Assembly: GCA_018141785.1 (NCBI GenBank)
Contig: CP073341.1
Coordinates: 879,118 to 943,117, forward strand
Length of the DNA stretch: 64,000 bases
Direction: 5' to 3'
From: Candidatus Paraprochloron terpiosi LD05
GTDB taxonomy: Bacteria; Cyanobacteriota; Cyanobacteriia; Cyanobacteriales; Prochloraceae
Below are positions 50,954 through 59,860 of the stretch, piece after piece. The notes beneath the pieces were generated by a model. It saw nothing but the letters and a program-made list of their open reading frames with translations, was not told the origin of the DNA and did no database searches. Position 1 is the first letter of the stretch. Each line of letters opens with the position of its first letter. Both the position numbers and the translations under genes were made by a program.

Positions 50954-53176
50954 ATGGCAACTAAATTTCCAAAATTTAGCCAGGATCTCGCTCAAGATCC
51001 GACTACTCGTCGGATTTGGTACGGGATTGCCACAGCCCACGATTTTGAAACCCATGATGGGATGACAGAGGAGAATCTTTACCAAAAGATTTTTGCCTCT
51101 CACTTCGGTCATCTCGCCATCATTTTCCTGTGGACTTCCGGCACCCTATTCCATGTAGCCTGGCAAGGTAACTTCGAGCAGTGGGTCAAAGACCCCCTGA
51201 ATGTCCGTCCCATCGCCCATGCAATTTGGGACCCTCACTTCGGTTCCGGGGCAATAGATGCTTTTACCCAAGCCGGTGCAACTAACCCGGTAAACATTGC
51301 CTACTCCGGCGTTTACCACTGGTTCTACACCATTGGCATGAGAACCAACAATGAATTGTTCAGCGGGTCTGTGTTCCTGTTAATTCTCGCTTCATTGTTG
51401 CTGTTCGCAGGCTGGCTCCATTTACAGCCTAAGTACCGTCCCAGCTTGGGTTGGTTCAAGAATGCTGAGTCTCGCCTGAACCACCACTTGGCTGGTTTAT
51501 TTGGTGTCAGCTCCTTGGCTTGGACAGGTCACCTGGTTCACGTGGCAATCCCTGCATCAAGAGGTCAACATGTGGGTTGGGATAACTTCCTCTCCACCAT
51601 GCCTCACCCTGCTGGCTTGGGCCCCTTCTTTACGGGTAATTGGGGCGTATACGCACAGAACCCTGATTCTACGGCTCACCTGTTCGGTACTTCCGAAGGA
51701 GCGGGAACGGCAATTCTCACCTTCTTAGGTGGTTTCCATCCCCACAGTGAGGCTCTCTGGCTGACGGATATTGCCCATCACCACCTGGCGATCGCCGTTA
51801 TCTTCATCATTGCTGGTCACATGTACCGCACCAACTTCGGTATCGGTCACAGCATCAAGGAGATTCTCGGCGCTCACAACCCACCCAAGGGAACTCCCTT
51901 TGGCGGTGCTTTAGGTGAGGGTCACAAGGGGTTATACGACACCATTAACAATTCTCTCCACTTCCAGCTGGGGTTAGCTTTGGCTTCCCTAGGTGTGGTC
52001 ACCTCCTTGGTGGCGCAGCACATGTACTCCATGCCTTCCTATGCTTTCATAGCGAGGGATTACACCACCCAGGCGGCTCTGTATACTCATCACCAGTACA
52101 TTGCCGGCTTCTTAATGGTGGGGGCATTTGCCCACGGCGCTATCTTCTTCGTGCGGGATTACGATCCAGAAGCGAACAAGAACAACGTTTTAGCTCGGAT
52201 GCTGGAGCATAAAGAAGCCCTGATTTCTCACTTGAGCTGGGTATCTCTCTTCTTAGGCTTCCACACCCTCAGCTTATACGTCCATAACGACGTAGTGGTT
52301 GCTTTCGGTACTCCTGAGAAGCAAATCCTCATTGAGCCAGTATTTGCTCAGTTCATCCAAGCTGCTTCCGGTAAAGCTCTCTACGGCTTTGACGTCCTGC
52401 TCTCTAACCCAGACAGCATGGCAACCGTAGCCAGCGCTAACATTCCTGGAGCACATTATTGGATGGATGCCATTAACAGCGGAGCTAACTCCCTGTTCTT
52501 GACCATCGGTCCTGGGGACTTCTTAGTTCACCACGCCATCGCTCTCGGTCTCCACACCACCACCTTGATTCTGGTTAAAGGCGCTCTGGATGCTCGGGGT
52601 TCCAAGTTAATGCCAGACAAGAAAGACTTCGGTTTCTCCTTCCCTTGCGACGGTCCCGGTCGTGGCGGTACTTGCGACATCTCTGCTTGGGATGCCTTCT
52701 ATCTGGCTATGTTCTGGATGCTGAATACCTTGGGTTGGTTAACCTTCTACTGGCACTGGAAGCACCTCAGCCTCTGGCAAGGTAATATGGCTCAGTTCAA
52801 TGAGAACTCTACTTACCTCATGGGCTGGTTCCGGGATTATCTCTGGGCCAACTCCGCACAGTTGATTAACGGTTACAACCCCTACGGCACGAATAACCTG
52901 TCTGTCTGGGCTTGGATGTTCCTCTTGGCACACCTAGCTTGGGCAACTGGTTTCATGTTCCTCATCTCTTGGCGCGGTTACTGGCAAGAGTTGATTGAAA
53001 CCATTGTTTGGGCCCACGAGCGCACTCCTCTGGCTAACTTGGTTCGCTGGAAGGATAAGCCTGTTGCTCTCTCTATCGTTCAGGCTCGCTTGGTGGGTTT
53101 GACTCACTTTACGGTGGGTTACTTCTTAACCTACGCGGCATTCCTCATAGCCTCGACGGCGGGTAAGTTCGGCTAA
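50954..53176 (+). CDS. psaB: Photosystem I P700 apoprotein A2
   Basis: It has [32 protein letters not shown], the FX loop [15 protein letters not shown], and a C-terminal ...STAGKFG. Confidence 0.97.
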   Translation: MATKFPKFSQDLAQDPTTRRIWYGIATAHDFETHDGMTEENLYQKIFASHFGHLAIIFLWTSGTLFHVAWQGNFEQWVKDPLNVRPIAHAIWDPHFGSGAIDAFTQAGATNPVNIAYSGVYHWFYTIGMRTNNELFSGSVFLLILASLLLFAGWLHLQPKYRPSLGWFKNAESRLNHHLAGLFGVSSLAWTGHLVHVAIPASRGQHVGWDNFLSTMPHPAGLGPFFTGNWGVYAQNPDSTAHLFGTSEGAGTAILTFLGGFHPHSEALWLTDIAHHHLAIAVIFIIAGHMYRTNFGIGHSIKEILGAHNPPKGTPFGGALGEGHKGLYDTINNSLHFQLGLALASLGVVTSLVAQHMYSMPSYAFIARDYTTQAALYTHHQYIAGFLMVGAFAHGAIFFVRDYDPEANKNNVLARMLEHKEALISHLSWVSLFLGFHTLSLYVHNDVVVAFGTPEKQILIEPVFAQFIQAASGKALYGFDVLLSNPDSMATVASANIPGAHYWMDAINSGANSLFLTIGPGDFLVHHAIALGLHTTTLILVKGALDARGSKLMPDKKDFGFSFPCDGPGRGGTCDISAWDAFYLAMFWMLNTLGWLTFYWHWKHLSLWQGNMAQFNENSTYLMGWFRDYLWANSAQLINGYNPYGTNNLSVWAWMFLLAHLAWATGFMFLISWRGYWQELIETIVWAHERTPLANLVRWKDKPVALSIVQARLVGLTHFTVGYFLTYAAFLIASTAGKFG

Positions 53177-53206
53177 CTGCTGTTTTTACTTAGCTTTTGA
53201 GGAAAC

Positions 53207-53241
53207 AATCCCCTGCTCTTTTGAGTGGGGGATTTTTTTTT
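53207..53241 (+). terminator. Rho-independent terminator of psaAB
   Basis: The AATCCCC / GGGGATT stem is followed by a T9 run, about 30 nt after the psaB stop. Confidence 0.8.
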
Positions 53242-53278
53242 AACCGCAGATAAACGCAGATGAACGCGGATGGATAGA
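53241..53278 (+). repeat. CGCAGAT-type repeat element
   Basis: The sequence is taaccgcagataaacgcagatgaacgcggatggataga. Confidence 0.8.
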
Positions 53279-53338
53279 GATTATTTTGTGGCAATTGCCG
53301 ATGTTATTGCTATACAATGAAGAATCAAAGAGGTTTTT

Positions 53339-53554
53339 ATGACACAATTACTTGAGAAAGCTTTTGCGAAAGCTTCAGAATTGTCAGAACAAAACCAGAA
53401 TGCAATAGCCGAAATTGTCTTGGCTGAACTTGCCTCAGAAGAGCGTTGGAATGATTTGTTTGCCAAGTCTCAAGATTTACTGGCTGAACTTGCCCAAGAG
53501 GCTCTTGCTGAGCATCGAGCGGGTAAAACGCAACCTCTTGAATGTGACGACTAA
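53339..53554 (+). CDS. Type II antitoxin (partner of a ParE/RelE-like toxin)
   Basis: It is a 71-aa helical acidic protein (LLEKAFAKASELSEQNQNAIAEIVL...) whose stop overlaps the start of the next gene (TAATG). Confidence 0.6.
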   Translation: MTQLLEKAFAKASELSEQNQNAIAEIVLAELASEERWNDLFAKSQDLLAELAQEALAEHRAGKTQPLECDD

Positions 53555-53793
53555 TGGTTGCCAGAACAACCAAAAAGTTTTGGAAAGCTTATGCAAAGCT
53601 TGATGAGACAGTTCAGCAGCAAGCTCGATCTTCCTATCGGATTTTTCGTGAAAATCCACAACACCCTAGCCTCAATTTCAAAAAGGTGCATGACAGCTTG
53701 CCTATCTACTTTGCTAGAGTAAATCTGAGTTATCGTGCAGTTGGCATTATTGAAAAGAATGAAATCATCGAAAAACTGCTTTCTCGACTTTGA
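53554..53793 (+). CDS. ParE/RelE-superfamily toxin, apparently with an internal C-terminal deletion
   Basis: It has the pattern F.KAY.KL...VQ..A...Y.IF..NP.HPSL.FKK......IY.ARV...YRAVG. The usual WFWIGSH.EY segment expected before KLL is missing. Confidence 0.5.
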   Translation: MVARTTKKFWKAYAKLDETVQQQARSSYRIFRENPQHPSLNFKKVHDSLPIYFARVNLSYRAVGIIEKNEIIEKLLSRL

Positions 53794-53866
53794 GCAAAGG
53801 GTTTGCAGATTTTTACCAATAACAATTATAGGTTCTAAGCACAAATAAATCGGTGACTGTTTATTA

Positions 53867-54223
53867 TCAAAAGGTAGCGTATTCTGTATACTGTCGTAAT
53901 TCTGAAGGATGAAAGCCAATGACAATTTGGTCTTTGGGTACGCCTCGTTTGACTAAAACTTCAGCGATGTCAATTTCCGTCCCATTCCACTGAATCCAAA
54001 TTTTGCCATCTTGTTTGATGTCTAAATGGAGGACTGGACCAAACACTCGCTTTTCCTTGAACCAACCAATAAAGATGAGTTGGTAGTGGTCTTGTTGGGT
54101 GTCGAAGAGAGTTTGGGCTTCCACGTCATCCCCCACAGAGTTGCGAATATTAGCCCGTTGGGTGAGTAGATCTTTAATATATTGACGGTAATTTTCTCGT
54201 TGACTAGGGGTTAGTTCAGCCAT
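53867..54223 (-). CDS. xisI: XisI (element excision controlling factor)
   Basis: It has the XisI pattern DTQQDHYQLIFIGWFKEKRVFGPVLHLDIKQDGKIWIQWNGTE and overlaps xisH. Confidence 0.85.
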   Translation of the reverse strand: MAELTPSQRENYRQYIKDLLTQRANIRNSVGDDVEAQTLFDTQQDHYQLIFIGWFKEKRVFGPVLHLDIKQDGKIWIQWNGTEIDIAEVLVKRGVPKDQIVIGFHPSELRQYTEYATF

Positions 54224-54627
54224 TGGGTAATGACCTCCTTACTAATATGGTAAACGATGAGTTTAACTTGACTGCGTTGAATTACAGATTGGATGAAAGG
54301 ACGTTGAAAAAAGGTGTCATAGATTTGAGTTGAAATGGAAAGATAAAGGGTGCGATCGGGTTCTTGATCTTCAAGGGCGTAACGATAGTTGATGAATTGA
54401 CCCATTGCGGTATGAAATTGGGAGATAGCAGAAATCCCTAGGAAACTTTTGATTTCTACAGCAATTTTTTCCTCTTTTCGTTCAGCGGCAATGAGGTGTT
54501 CTGCACCAAGGTCAATGTACATTTCTGTGAAGAGGTCTGCCTGGATAGGAAGCGGATCGTGGGTAATCTGCCAGTTTTCTTTCTGGAGAGCAATTTTGAC
54601 AGTTTGATGAAATCGGTCTTTGCTCAT
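54211..54627 (-). CDS. xisH: XisH
   Basis: It has the XisH pattern KDRFHQTVKIALQKENWQITHDPL...DLGAE.LIAAE...KIAVEIKSF. Confidence 0.85.
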   Translation of the reverse strand: MSKDRFHQTVKIALQKENWQITHDPLPIQADLFTEMYIDLGAEHLIAAERKEEKIAVEIKSFLGISAISQFHTAMGQFINYRYALEDQEPDRTLYLSISTQIYDTFFQRPFIQSVIQRSQVKLIVYHISKEVITQWLN

Positions 54628-54670
54628 TATAGCCTCTCCTAGGATTATGCAAGAATTCCATGCAAGGGTT

Positions 54671-54901
54671 TCAAAAGCTTACCCGCACTTGATCACCAGG
54701 GCTTGGAATTTTTATGCCTGCTTCTCCACAAGCCTCAATCCAACACCGCACTGCATCTTTTCCATTTTCCAATGCCTCCTCAGGGGTTTCACCATCGGAC
54801 ATACAACCCGGCAGATCGGGAAACGTAATTAACCATCCCCCCCCTTCCTCTGGAGATAAAGGTCTCATTACAAAAGGATATTCCAAAAAATTCATGGTCA
54901 T
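54671..54901 (-). CDS. hicB: HicB-family antitoxin
   Basis: The GGGWLITFPDLPGCMSDGETPEEALENGKDAVRCWIE pattern is typical of HicB/UPF0150. Confidence 0.75.
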   Translation of the reverse strand: MTMNFLEYPFVMRPLSPEEGGGWLITFPDLPGCMSDGETPEEALENGKDAVRCWIEACGEAGIKIPSPGDQVRVSF

Positions 54902-55032
54902 ACTCCAATGTCGTCAACTAAAGCTAGAAACTGTTGGATATAAATGGGTTTAATAGGTCTTTTACCAGGCACTGTCACCACTAGAGATGAATTTTCATCT
55001 GCATATTGAGTTTGGTAGCGACATTTATCGCC
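54898..55032 (-). pseudogene. HicA-like toxin remnant (no start codon; N-terminus in another frame)
   Basis: It reads ...GDKCRYQTQYADENSSLVVTVPGKRPIKPIYIQQFLALVDDIGV*, with its TGA overlapping the hicB ATG (ATGA). The upstream LINAGGHFVR-like part is in a different frame. Confidence 0.4.
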
Positions 55033-55187
55033 CTCACGAAGTGACCTCCGGCATTGATTAATGGCGGAGGCGCGGTGGCATTTTGAAGTTTAGGGGTTGG
55101 TATCACTAATAAGTGAAAGGCGAGCACTAACTGTAAATCTAACCTAGCTTATTACCAGTCCCAGACTACTTCCCCAAAAAAGCAATA

Positions 55188-56843
55188 TCAAGAAGGACAG
55201 TCCTTAGCAAACTGATTGTGTAAATATCCTGTTGTTGCAGGGCAGTAAGTATAGCGACTAGTAAATTTAGGATTTTTGGTTAAATCATCCTCTCCCCACT
55301 TAGCATGTTGAATCCATGCTGGGTCATAGGTGCTGAGAGTCCACTCTAAATCGTATTTATTATGCCCAGGCACAGTCAGCATTCCAAACCGTGAGACACC
55401 ACTTCTTGCCTGCATTTTGGCGATTTTAGCGTCTGATTTTCCCAGAAAGTCAGCAGCATAGTAATTAGGCATATAAGCGGGAATGGTACCAGCCCAAAAT
55501 ACACCAATGGTAGAGCCAGCTGGTAATATTTTCCTCAAAGCTAGAGCGGTAGAGATATTATTGTGATTTGCGTTGACTTGGTACAATCTTGTAGTGTTGC
55601 CTTGCAGAAGTTGTCTGACGGAAGGAACGAAATCTCTCCTAAGCAATTTGTAATTTAGGAGTAGACATCCTAGCAAAAATACTATAATTAACTTGGTAGT
55701 AAGTGATTTTTCCTTTCCTACTAATCTAAATGAATAATTTTCACTAGTTTTTACCATAGTCAGGGCAATAGCATAGATTAGAACTACCATGGCTCCAGTG
55801 AACATCCGCCAATAAGGCCAAGGATCGCCTCCAACTCTAATTTGATACAGCAAAACTAAAATGAAGTAAGCACCCGATGAGAATACTAATCTAGACTCCC
55901 TGTCACGCTCTGCAACTCCTAGTATAATTCCAATGAGTAAGATTATTGAAGAAGATACAATAAACTGGACGACAAACCCTATTCCTGATCGTACCTGAAT
56001 GTCCAAAGGCAATCCGGTTATCTTTAACACATAGGTATTAGGCAGGGTAGATTCAAAATAAAATGATCTCCAGACAAGGGTCGTAATTCCGGCAACAGCC
56101 AATGCTAAATAGCTAGCACAAAGATTGACCGAAAACAAGTTTTTGAGACTATTTTTATGCAACAAAAGAAAATAGCTAGCAGAGAATGCAACGGGAGCGA
56201 GCATAAAATCAGGTCTCGATAACTGACCAATCAACACACAGGTAAAAATTATCCAAAATCTTACTGGCTTCTTATTAGATGAGGTTGGCATATAATCCTG
56301 TAGGAAAAACATTGAAAACAAGACACACAAGATTGGCGTAATCAGAGCATTTTCCATGCCCATAATTGTCCAGTAAATATTTGGATAGAAGAGCAATGGA
56401 CTTATGGAAGCCAAAAGAGTCCAGCCTTTTTTTTTCTCTTGAGGAATGCTGCCATTCACCTGATAGGCTATAAATGAGCAAAAGGCAACATTGATAGAAA
56501 TCAAAAAAGCGCAAAAAATTTGAATTATAAATGGTGTAATGGAAATATTCTTACCGGAAATAAAAAAGAAAAACGACATTATGTAAGTCCATAATGGATT
56601 CGTAAATCCTTCTACTTTATCTCCAGCATTCCAATAAGGTCCTATCCCATAGACAATATTCTGAGCATATCTGTAGGATATCATGGCATCATCAAAGAGA
56701 GATGCATGTAATCCATTATCGTCAAAATATAAAGTTGTTGTAGCTAGTGCAACAGTTAGAACAAAAGTGACTCCAAAAAGCAAACTAATATAGTTAATAG
56801 ATCGCTTCATATTGGGAGTAAGCCTTGCTGATTTTATTGTCAT
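55188..56843 (-). CDS. Polytopic GT-C-like glycosyltransferase (putative arabinosyltransferase) 1
   Basis: It has many TM helices and a first-loop acidic motif LFDDAMISYRYAQN, analogous to the DDx motif of GT-C enzymes. It is the last gene of the DPA-like cluster. Confidence 0.6.
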   Translation of the reverse strand: MTIKSARLTPNMKRSINYISLLFGVTFVLTVALATTTLYFDDNGLHASLFDDAMISYRYAQNIVYGIGPYWNAGDKVEGFTNPLWTYIMSFFFFISGKNISITPFIIQIFCAFLISINVAFCSFIAYQVNGSIPQEKKKGWTLLASISPLLFYPNIYWTIMGMENALITPILCVLFSMFFLQDYMPTSSNKKPVRFWIIFTCVLIGQLSRPDFMLAPVAFSASYFLLLHKNSLKNLFSVNLCASYLALAVAGITTLVWRSFYFESTLPNTYVLKITGLPLDIQVRSGIGFVVQFIVSSSIILLIGIILGVAERDRESRLVFSSGAYFILVLLYQIRVGGDPWPYWRMFTGAMVVLIYAIALTMVKTSENYSFRLVGKEKSLTTKLIIVFLLGCLLLNYKLLRRDFVPSVRQLLQGNTTRLYQVNANHNNISTALALRKILPAGSTIGVFWAGTIPAYMPNYYAADFLGKSDAKIAKMQARSGVSRFGMLTVPGHNKYDLEWTLSTYDPAWIQHAKWGEDDLTKNPKFTSRYTYCPATTGYLHNQFAKDCPS

Positions 56844-56912
56844 AGCGTTATTTGCTCATCGGCAGTACAGTTTAGCGTCTCTTAGTGCATTGAAGCAGAA
56901 GCAAAAAGACTC

Positions 56913-57656
56913 TTAAAGCTTCAATTGTTTAAAAAGCCACTCAGGAATCACACGAATAATCAACATAATCCAAAACCAGAACCAGGGAACATAGACTATA
57001 TCCTTTTTCGAGTGCAAAGCCTTCATGATAGCAGCTGCTACCTGCTGGGGGCTGGCTACTAAAAACATCCCCGGTTTACCAAAAGTCATTTTGGTATCCA
57101 CAAAACCAGGTTTCACTGTCATTACATGGACGCCAGATTTGAATAAGCGATTTCGTAACCCTTGCAAAAACAGACTGAGAGCGCCTTTAGCGGACCCATA
57201 GGTATAATTGCTCTGGCGACCTCTATCCCCTGCCACAGAGGAAATACCAACGATAAAACCATGTCCCTGTTGTTCCAGGTAGTTAGCTGTATGAGTCAGG
57301 ATAGATAGAACTCCTGTATAATTGGAGTGAATTATGCGCTGTGCGTGGTTAAAGTCCATTTGGGCTGTTTTCTGGTCCCCCAATTCTCCCAGAGATACTA
57401 CTATACCATCTAAGGTACCTAAATTATCCACAGCTTTTTGCAGCAGTTTTGGGTGAGTTTCATAATCCAGTGCCTCGAAAGTACTCCAAGATATGGGAAC
57501 TTGATACCGAATCCCTATATCTTGGGCAACTCGTTCCACTTCAAATCCATCCCGCGCCCCTAGGTGTAAGGCTGCTCCTTGCTGTGCCATTTCATGGGCT
57601 AATGCTCGCCCTATACTGGAAGTGGCTCCTATGAGTAAAACAGCTTTTCCTTTCAT
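56913..57656 (-). CDS. Short-chain dehydrogenase, DprE2-like
   Basis: It has the Rossmann motif LIGATSSIGRA and catalytic YxxxK (YGSAKGAL). ATG at 57656 overlaps the DprE1-like stop (ATGA). The longer ORF to 57734 is unlikely to be used. Confidence 0.75.
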   Translation of the reverse strand: MKGKAVLLIGATSSIGRALAHEMAQQGAALHLGARDGFEVERVAQDIGIRYQVPISWSTFEALDYETHPKLLQKAVDNLGTLDGIVVSLGELGDQKTAQMDFNHAQRIIHSNYTGVLSILTHTANYLEQQGHGFIVGISSVAGDRGRQSNYTYGSAKGALSLFLQGLRNRLFKSGVHVMTVKPGFVDTKMTFGKPGMFLVASPQQVAAAIMKALHSKKDIVYVPWFWFWIMLIIRVIPEWLFKQLKL

Positions 57657-59026
57657 CTCTCTACCCCCAAGCGCTGGGATAGGGCAGAAGAGAAGCGGTT
57701 GTGGGGATCTACTCTCTCTTTCACCGACAACCACTGGGGGAAATTAGGATACATGCTGCGGAACGCTTCTGCACTCAACCGAGCATCTTTGGCAAGATAC
57801 ACACGCCCTCCATATTCAATCACCAATTTATCCAGCTTACGGAGAAATTCCCACAACCCCTTGCGTATTGGCATATCCAGGGCTAAGGTGTAACCAGCCA
57901 TGGGAAAAGATAACCATCCTTCTTGAGAACCTAGACGCTTGAGCACAGCGAGAAAAGAACCCCAACCTGTTTGACTGCATAGCTGAAGCATCCGGTACAG
58001 AGCTTCCCTGCTGACTTCGGTGGGTAATACCCATTGATATTGGACAAATCCCTGTTTGCCATAGAGTCGATTCCAGTTTTGGATAAAATCCAGGGGGTAG
58101 AAGAAGGAATCATAATCTATCACCGACTTCACTTCTTTTGAGCGCATTTTACCGTAGTAGAGGGTATTAAAGATACTCATGGTGTAGCGGTTGAGGAGCC
58201 CTGCTGGTAAGTCAAAGGGCACTTTGAGGTTGGGTTTTGGCTTGAGGTGTAAGGGTTCTGGTTGCTGCTGTAAGGGAATGTCTTCCCGGGCTGCATGATT
58301 TCCGAACATCAAAATACTGCGCCCCAGGGACTTGCCAGAGGCAAGACAGTCAATCCAAGCTACAGAATACTGGTATTGGGGTTCGTATTCATCAAAGAGA
58401 GCAAAGGCTTCATCTAAATTCTTCGCTTTAATATGGTGGCTTTTAATATAAGCGGTTTGGATGGGGTGCAGGGCAAATTCTGCTTCCGTAATGATTCCCG
58501 TCAGCCCCATGCCTCCTACTGTTGCCCAAAACAGTTCCCTATTCTCCTGGCGGGAGCACTGTACTGTTTCTCCTGAGGCAAGTATGAGCTCCAGGGAGCG
58601 AAGGTGACGAGAAAAGGAACCATCTCGATGGTGGTTTTTGCCGTGAACATCAAAGGCAACTGCACCACCAACTGTGACAAATTTGGTTCCGGGGGTAACT
58701 GCTGGAAACCAGCCTCGGGGAACGAAGGTTGCTAAAATTTCCTTCATGGTAACCCCAGCTTCACAGCGTAAAATGCCTGTCTTTTTGTCGAAGGCGAGGA
58801 TGCGGTTTAACCGTTGGGTGAGTACGGTGTAACCTTTGGCGTTGAGTGCTGCATCCCCATAGCTACGACCTAAACCTCTAGCTATCACAGGACTTTTGCC
58901 ACATTCTTCCAGGATTTTCCTGAAGGAGGAAACCTTTTCTGGGCGCTGAAGGTAACTTTTGACTACCGGGTATCTACCCCATCCTGAGAGGGGAGTTTCC
59001 AGATTTGAAGGATGTTTTAACTTCAT
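57653..59026 (-). CDS. FAD-dependent oxidase, DprE1-like (decaprenylphosphoryl-beta-D-ribose oxidase family)
   Basis: LSGWGRYP..ARGLGRSYGD...PGT..VTVGGA.A.DVHGKNHH.DGSF..H...L.L......ELFWATVGGMGLTGII is colinear with the mycobacterial DprE1 motifs as I recall them. Confidence 0.8.
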   Translation of the reverse strand: MKLKHPSNLETPLSGWGRYPVVKSYLQRPEKVSSFRKILEECGKSPVIARGLGRSYGDAALNAKGYTVLTQRLNRILAFDKKTGILRCEAGVTMKEILATFVPRGWFPAVTPGTKFVTVGGAVAFDVHGKNHHRDGSFSRHLRSLELILASGETVQCSRQENRELFWATVGGMGLTGIITEAEFALHPIQTAYIKSHHIKAKNLDEAFALFDEYEPQYQYSVAWIDCLASGKSLGRSILMFGNHAAREDIPLQQQPEPLHLKPKPNLKVPFDLPAGLLNRYTMSIFNTLYYGKMRSKEVKSVIDYDSFFYPLDFIQNWNRLYGKQGFVQYQWVLPTEVSREALYRMLQLCSQTGWGSFLAVLKRLGSQEGWLSFPMAGYTLALDMPIRKGLWEFLRKLDKLVIEYGGRVYLAKDARLSAEAFRSMYPNFPQWLSVKERVDPHNRFSSALSQRLGVER

Positions 59027-59146
59027 GTTAGTGATTAGCCTAGTATATACGTTGCTCAACCTCTAGTGGAAGTGCTGATGAAAAATTTTCAAGTAATATC
59101 AAATCCGGTTGGGCAATGCCCATAATCAAAAATTCGGCAACTGATT

Positions 59147-59178
59147 TGTTGGGTTTCGTGCCTCAACCCAACCTACGG
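59147..59178 (+). repeat. GTTGGGTTTCG...CAACCCAACCTAC hairpin repeat
   Basis: In tgttgggtttcgtgcctcaacccaacctacgg, GTTGGGTT pairs with AACCCAAC. Confidence 0.8.
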
Positions 59179-59292
59179 CTAACATCCTCCAAACAGCCAG
59201 CCTTCTCAACTTCGATAATGACAACTTTAATTCAGCATCTCGCAGTTTATTCAAGTCTTTGGCAAAACTATTTTTTAACTGAACTTTCACAA

Positions 59293-59511
59293 TTAAGGCT
59301 CCAGAATCTTGAAAATAGTTTCACGGCTGACTAATTCGGTGGTTTCTCCTTCGGCGATCGCCCGTTCCATTGCCATATCTTCAATAATCTCTGCAAACAA
59401 CTCCTCTAATTCATCTTTGTTCTCTCGCAAAACCTCAAGGAGGGCACTTTTCAATCCTTCTTTGACTTGCTCTGAGTTTAGTGTAATTTCAGCCATTATA
59501 CCTACCTGCAT
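59293..59511 (-). CDS. Small acidic helical protein (orphan antitoxin-like)
   Basis: It has 72 codons, MAEITLNSEQVKEGLKSALLEVLRENKDELEELFAEIIEDMAMERAIAEGE... It sits inside the insertion that splits the glycosylation operon. No partner gene is present. Confidence 0.5.
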   Translation of the reverse strand: MQVGIMAEITLNSEQVKEGLKSALLEVLRENKDELEELFAEIIEDMAMERAIAEGETTELVSRETIFKILEP

Positions 59512-59671
59512 TTAATGAGTGTTGTACCTTTCAGTGACTATTTTTAAAAAATGGGTTTGGTATAATTATAGCCTTTTTGCTCCGCGCCGTCAAGTCCGTT
59601 TTGTTTGGTTGGCGTAACACACCCTACATGTTAATTTTACCCTATGTACCTCCCCCAAATTTTGCCCAGCG

Positions 59672-59860
59672 ACGGTGTAACCTTTGGCGTTGAGTGCTGC
59701 ATCCTCAACCTCTAGCTATCACAGGATTTTTGCCACATTCTTCCAGGATTTTCCTGAAGGAGGAAACCTTTTCTGGGCGCTGAAGGTAACTTTTGACTAC
59801 CGGGTATCTACCCCATCCTGAGAGGGGAAGTTCTACAACCGGAGAAGATTTGGTTCTCAT
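59672..59860 (-). pseudogene. Duplicated 5' fragment of the DprE1-like gene
   Basis: 59672-59828 is near-identical to 58824-58994 apart from a short deletion. The remnant ORF MRTKSSPVVELPLSGWGRYPVVKSYLQRPEKV... starts with an ATG overlapping the upstream GT-C stop (ATGA). Confidence 0.85.

Noticed and set aside
48685-52933. There are many 60-140-codon ORFs on the opposite strand or in alternative frames within psaA and psaB (e.g. 48685-49047, 49339-49764, 49861-50076, 52274-52456, 52739-52933).
   Set aside because: They lie fully inside two very strongly supported, highly conserved genes. They are typical shadow ORFs of GC-biased codon usage and have no RBS or recognisable motifs.
48481-53176. 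The psaA/psaB pair might be far-red-light (FaRLiP) or otherwise specialised paralogs. PsaA shows some unusual residues (e.g. GFSGIQ, AGHLIHV, a short N-terminus).
   Set aside because: No other FaRLiP genes (psaL/I/F/J paralogs, apc, psb or rfp genes) flank them. PsaB looks standard, and the differences cannot be evaluated without an alignment. I treat it as the ordinary psaAB operon.
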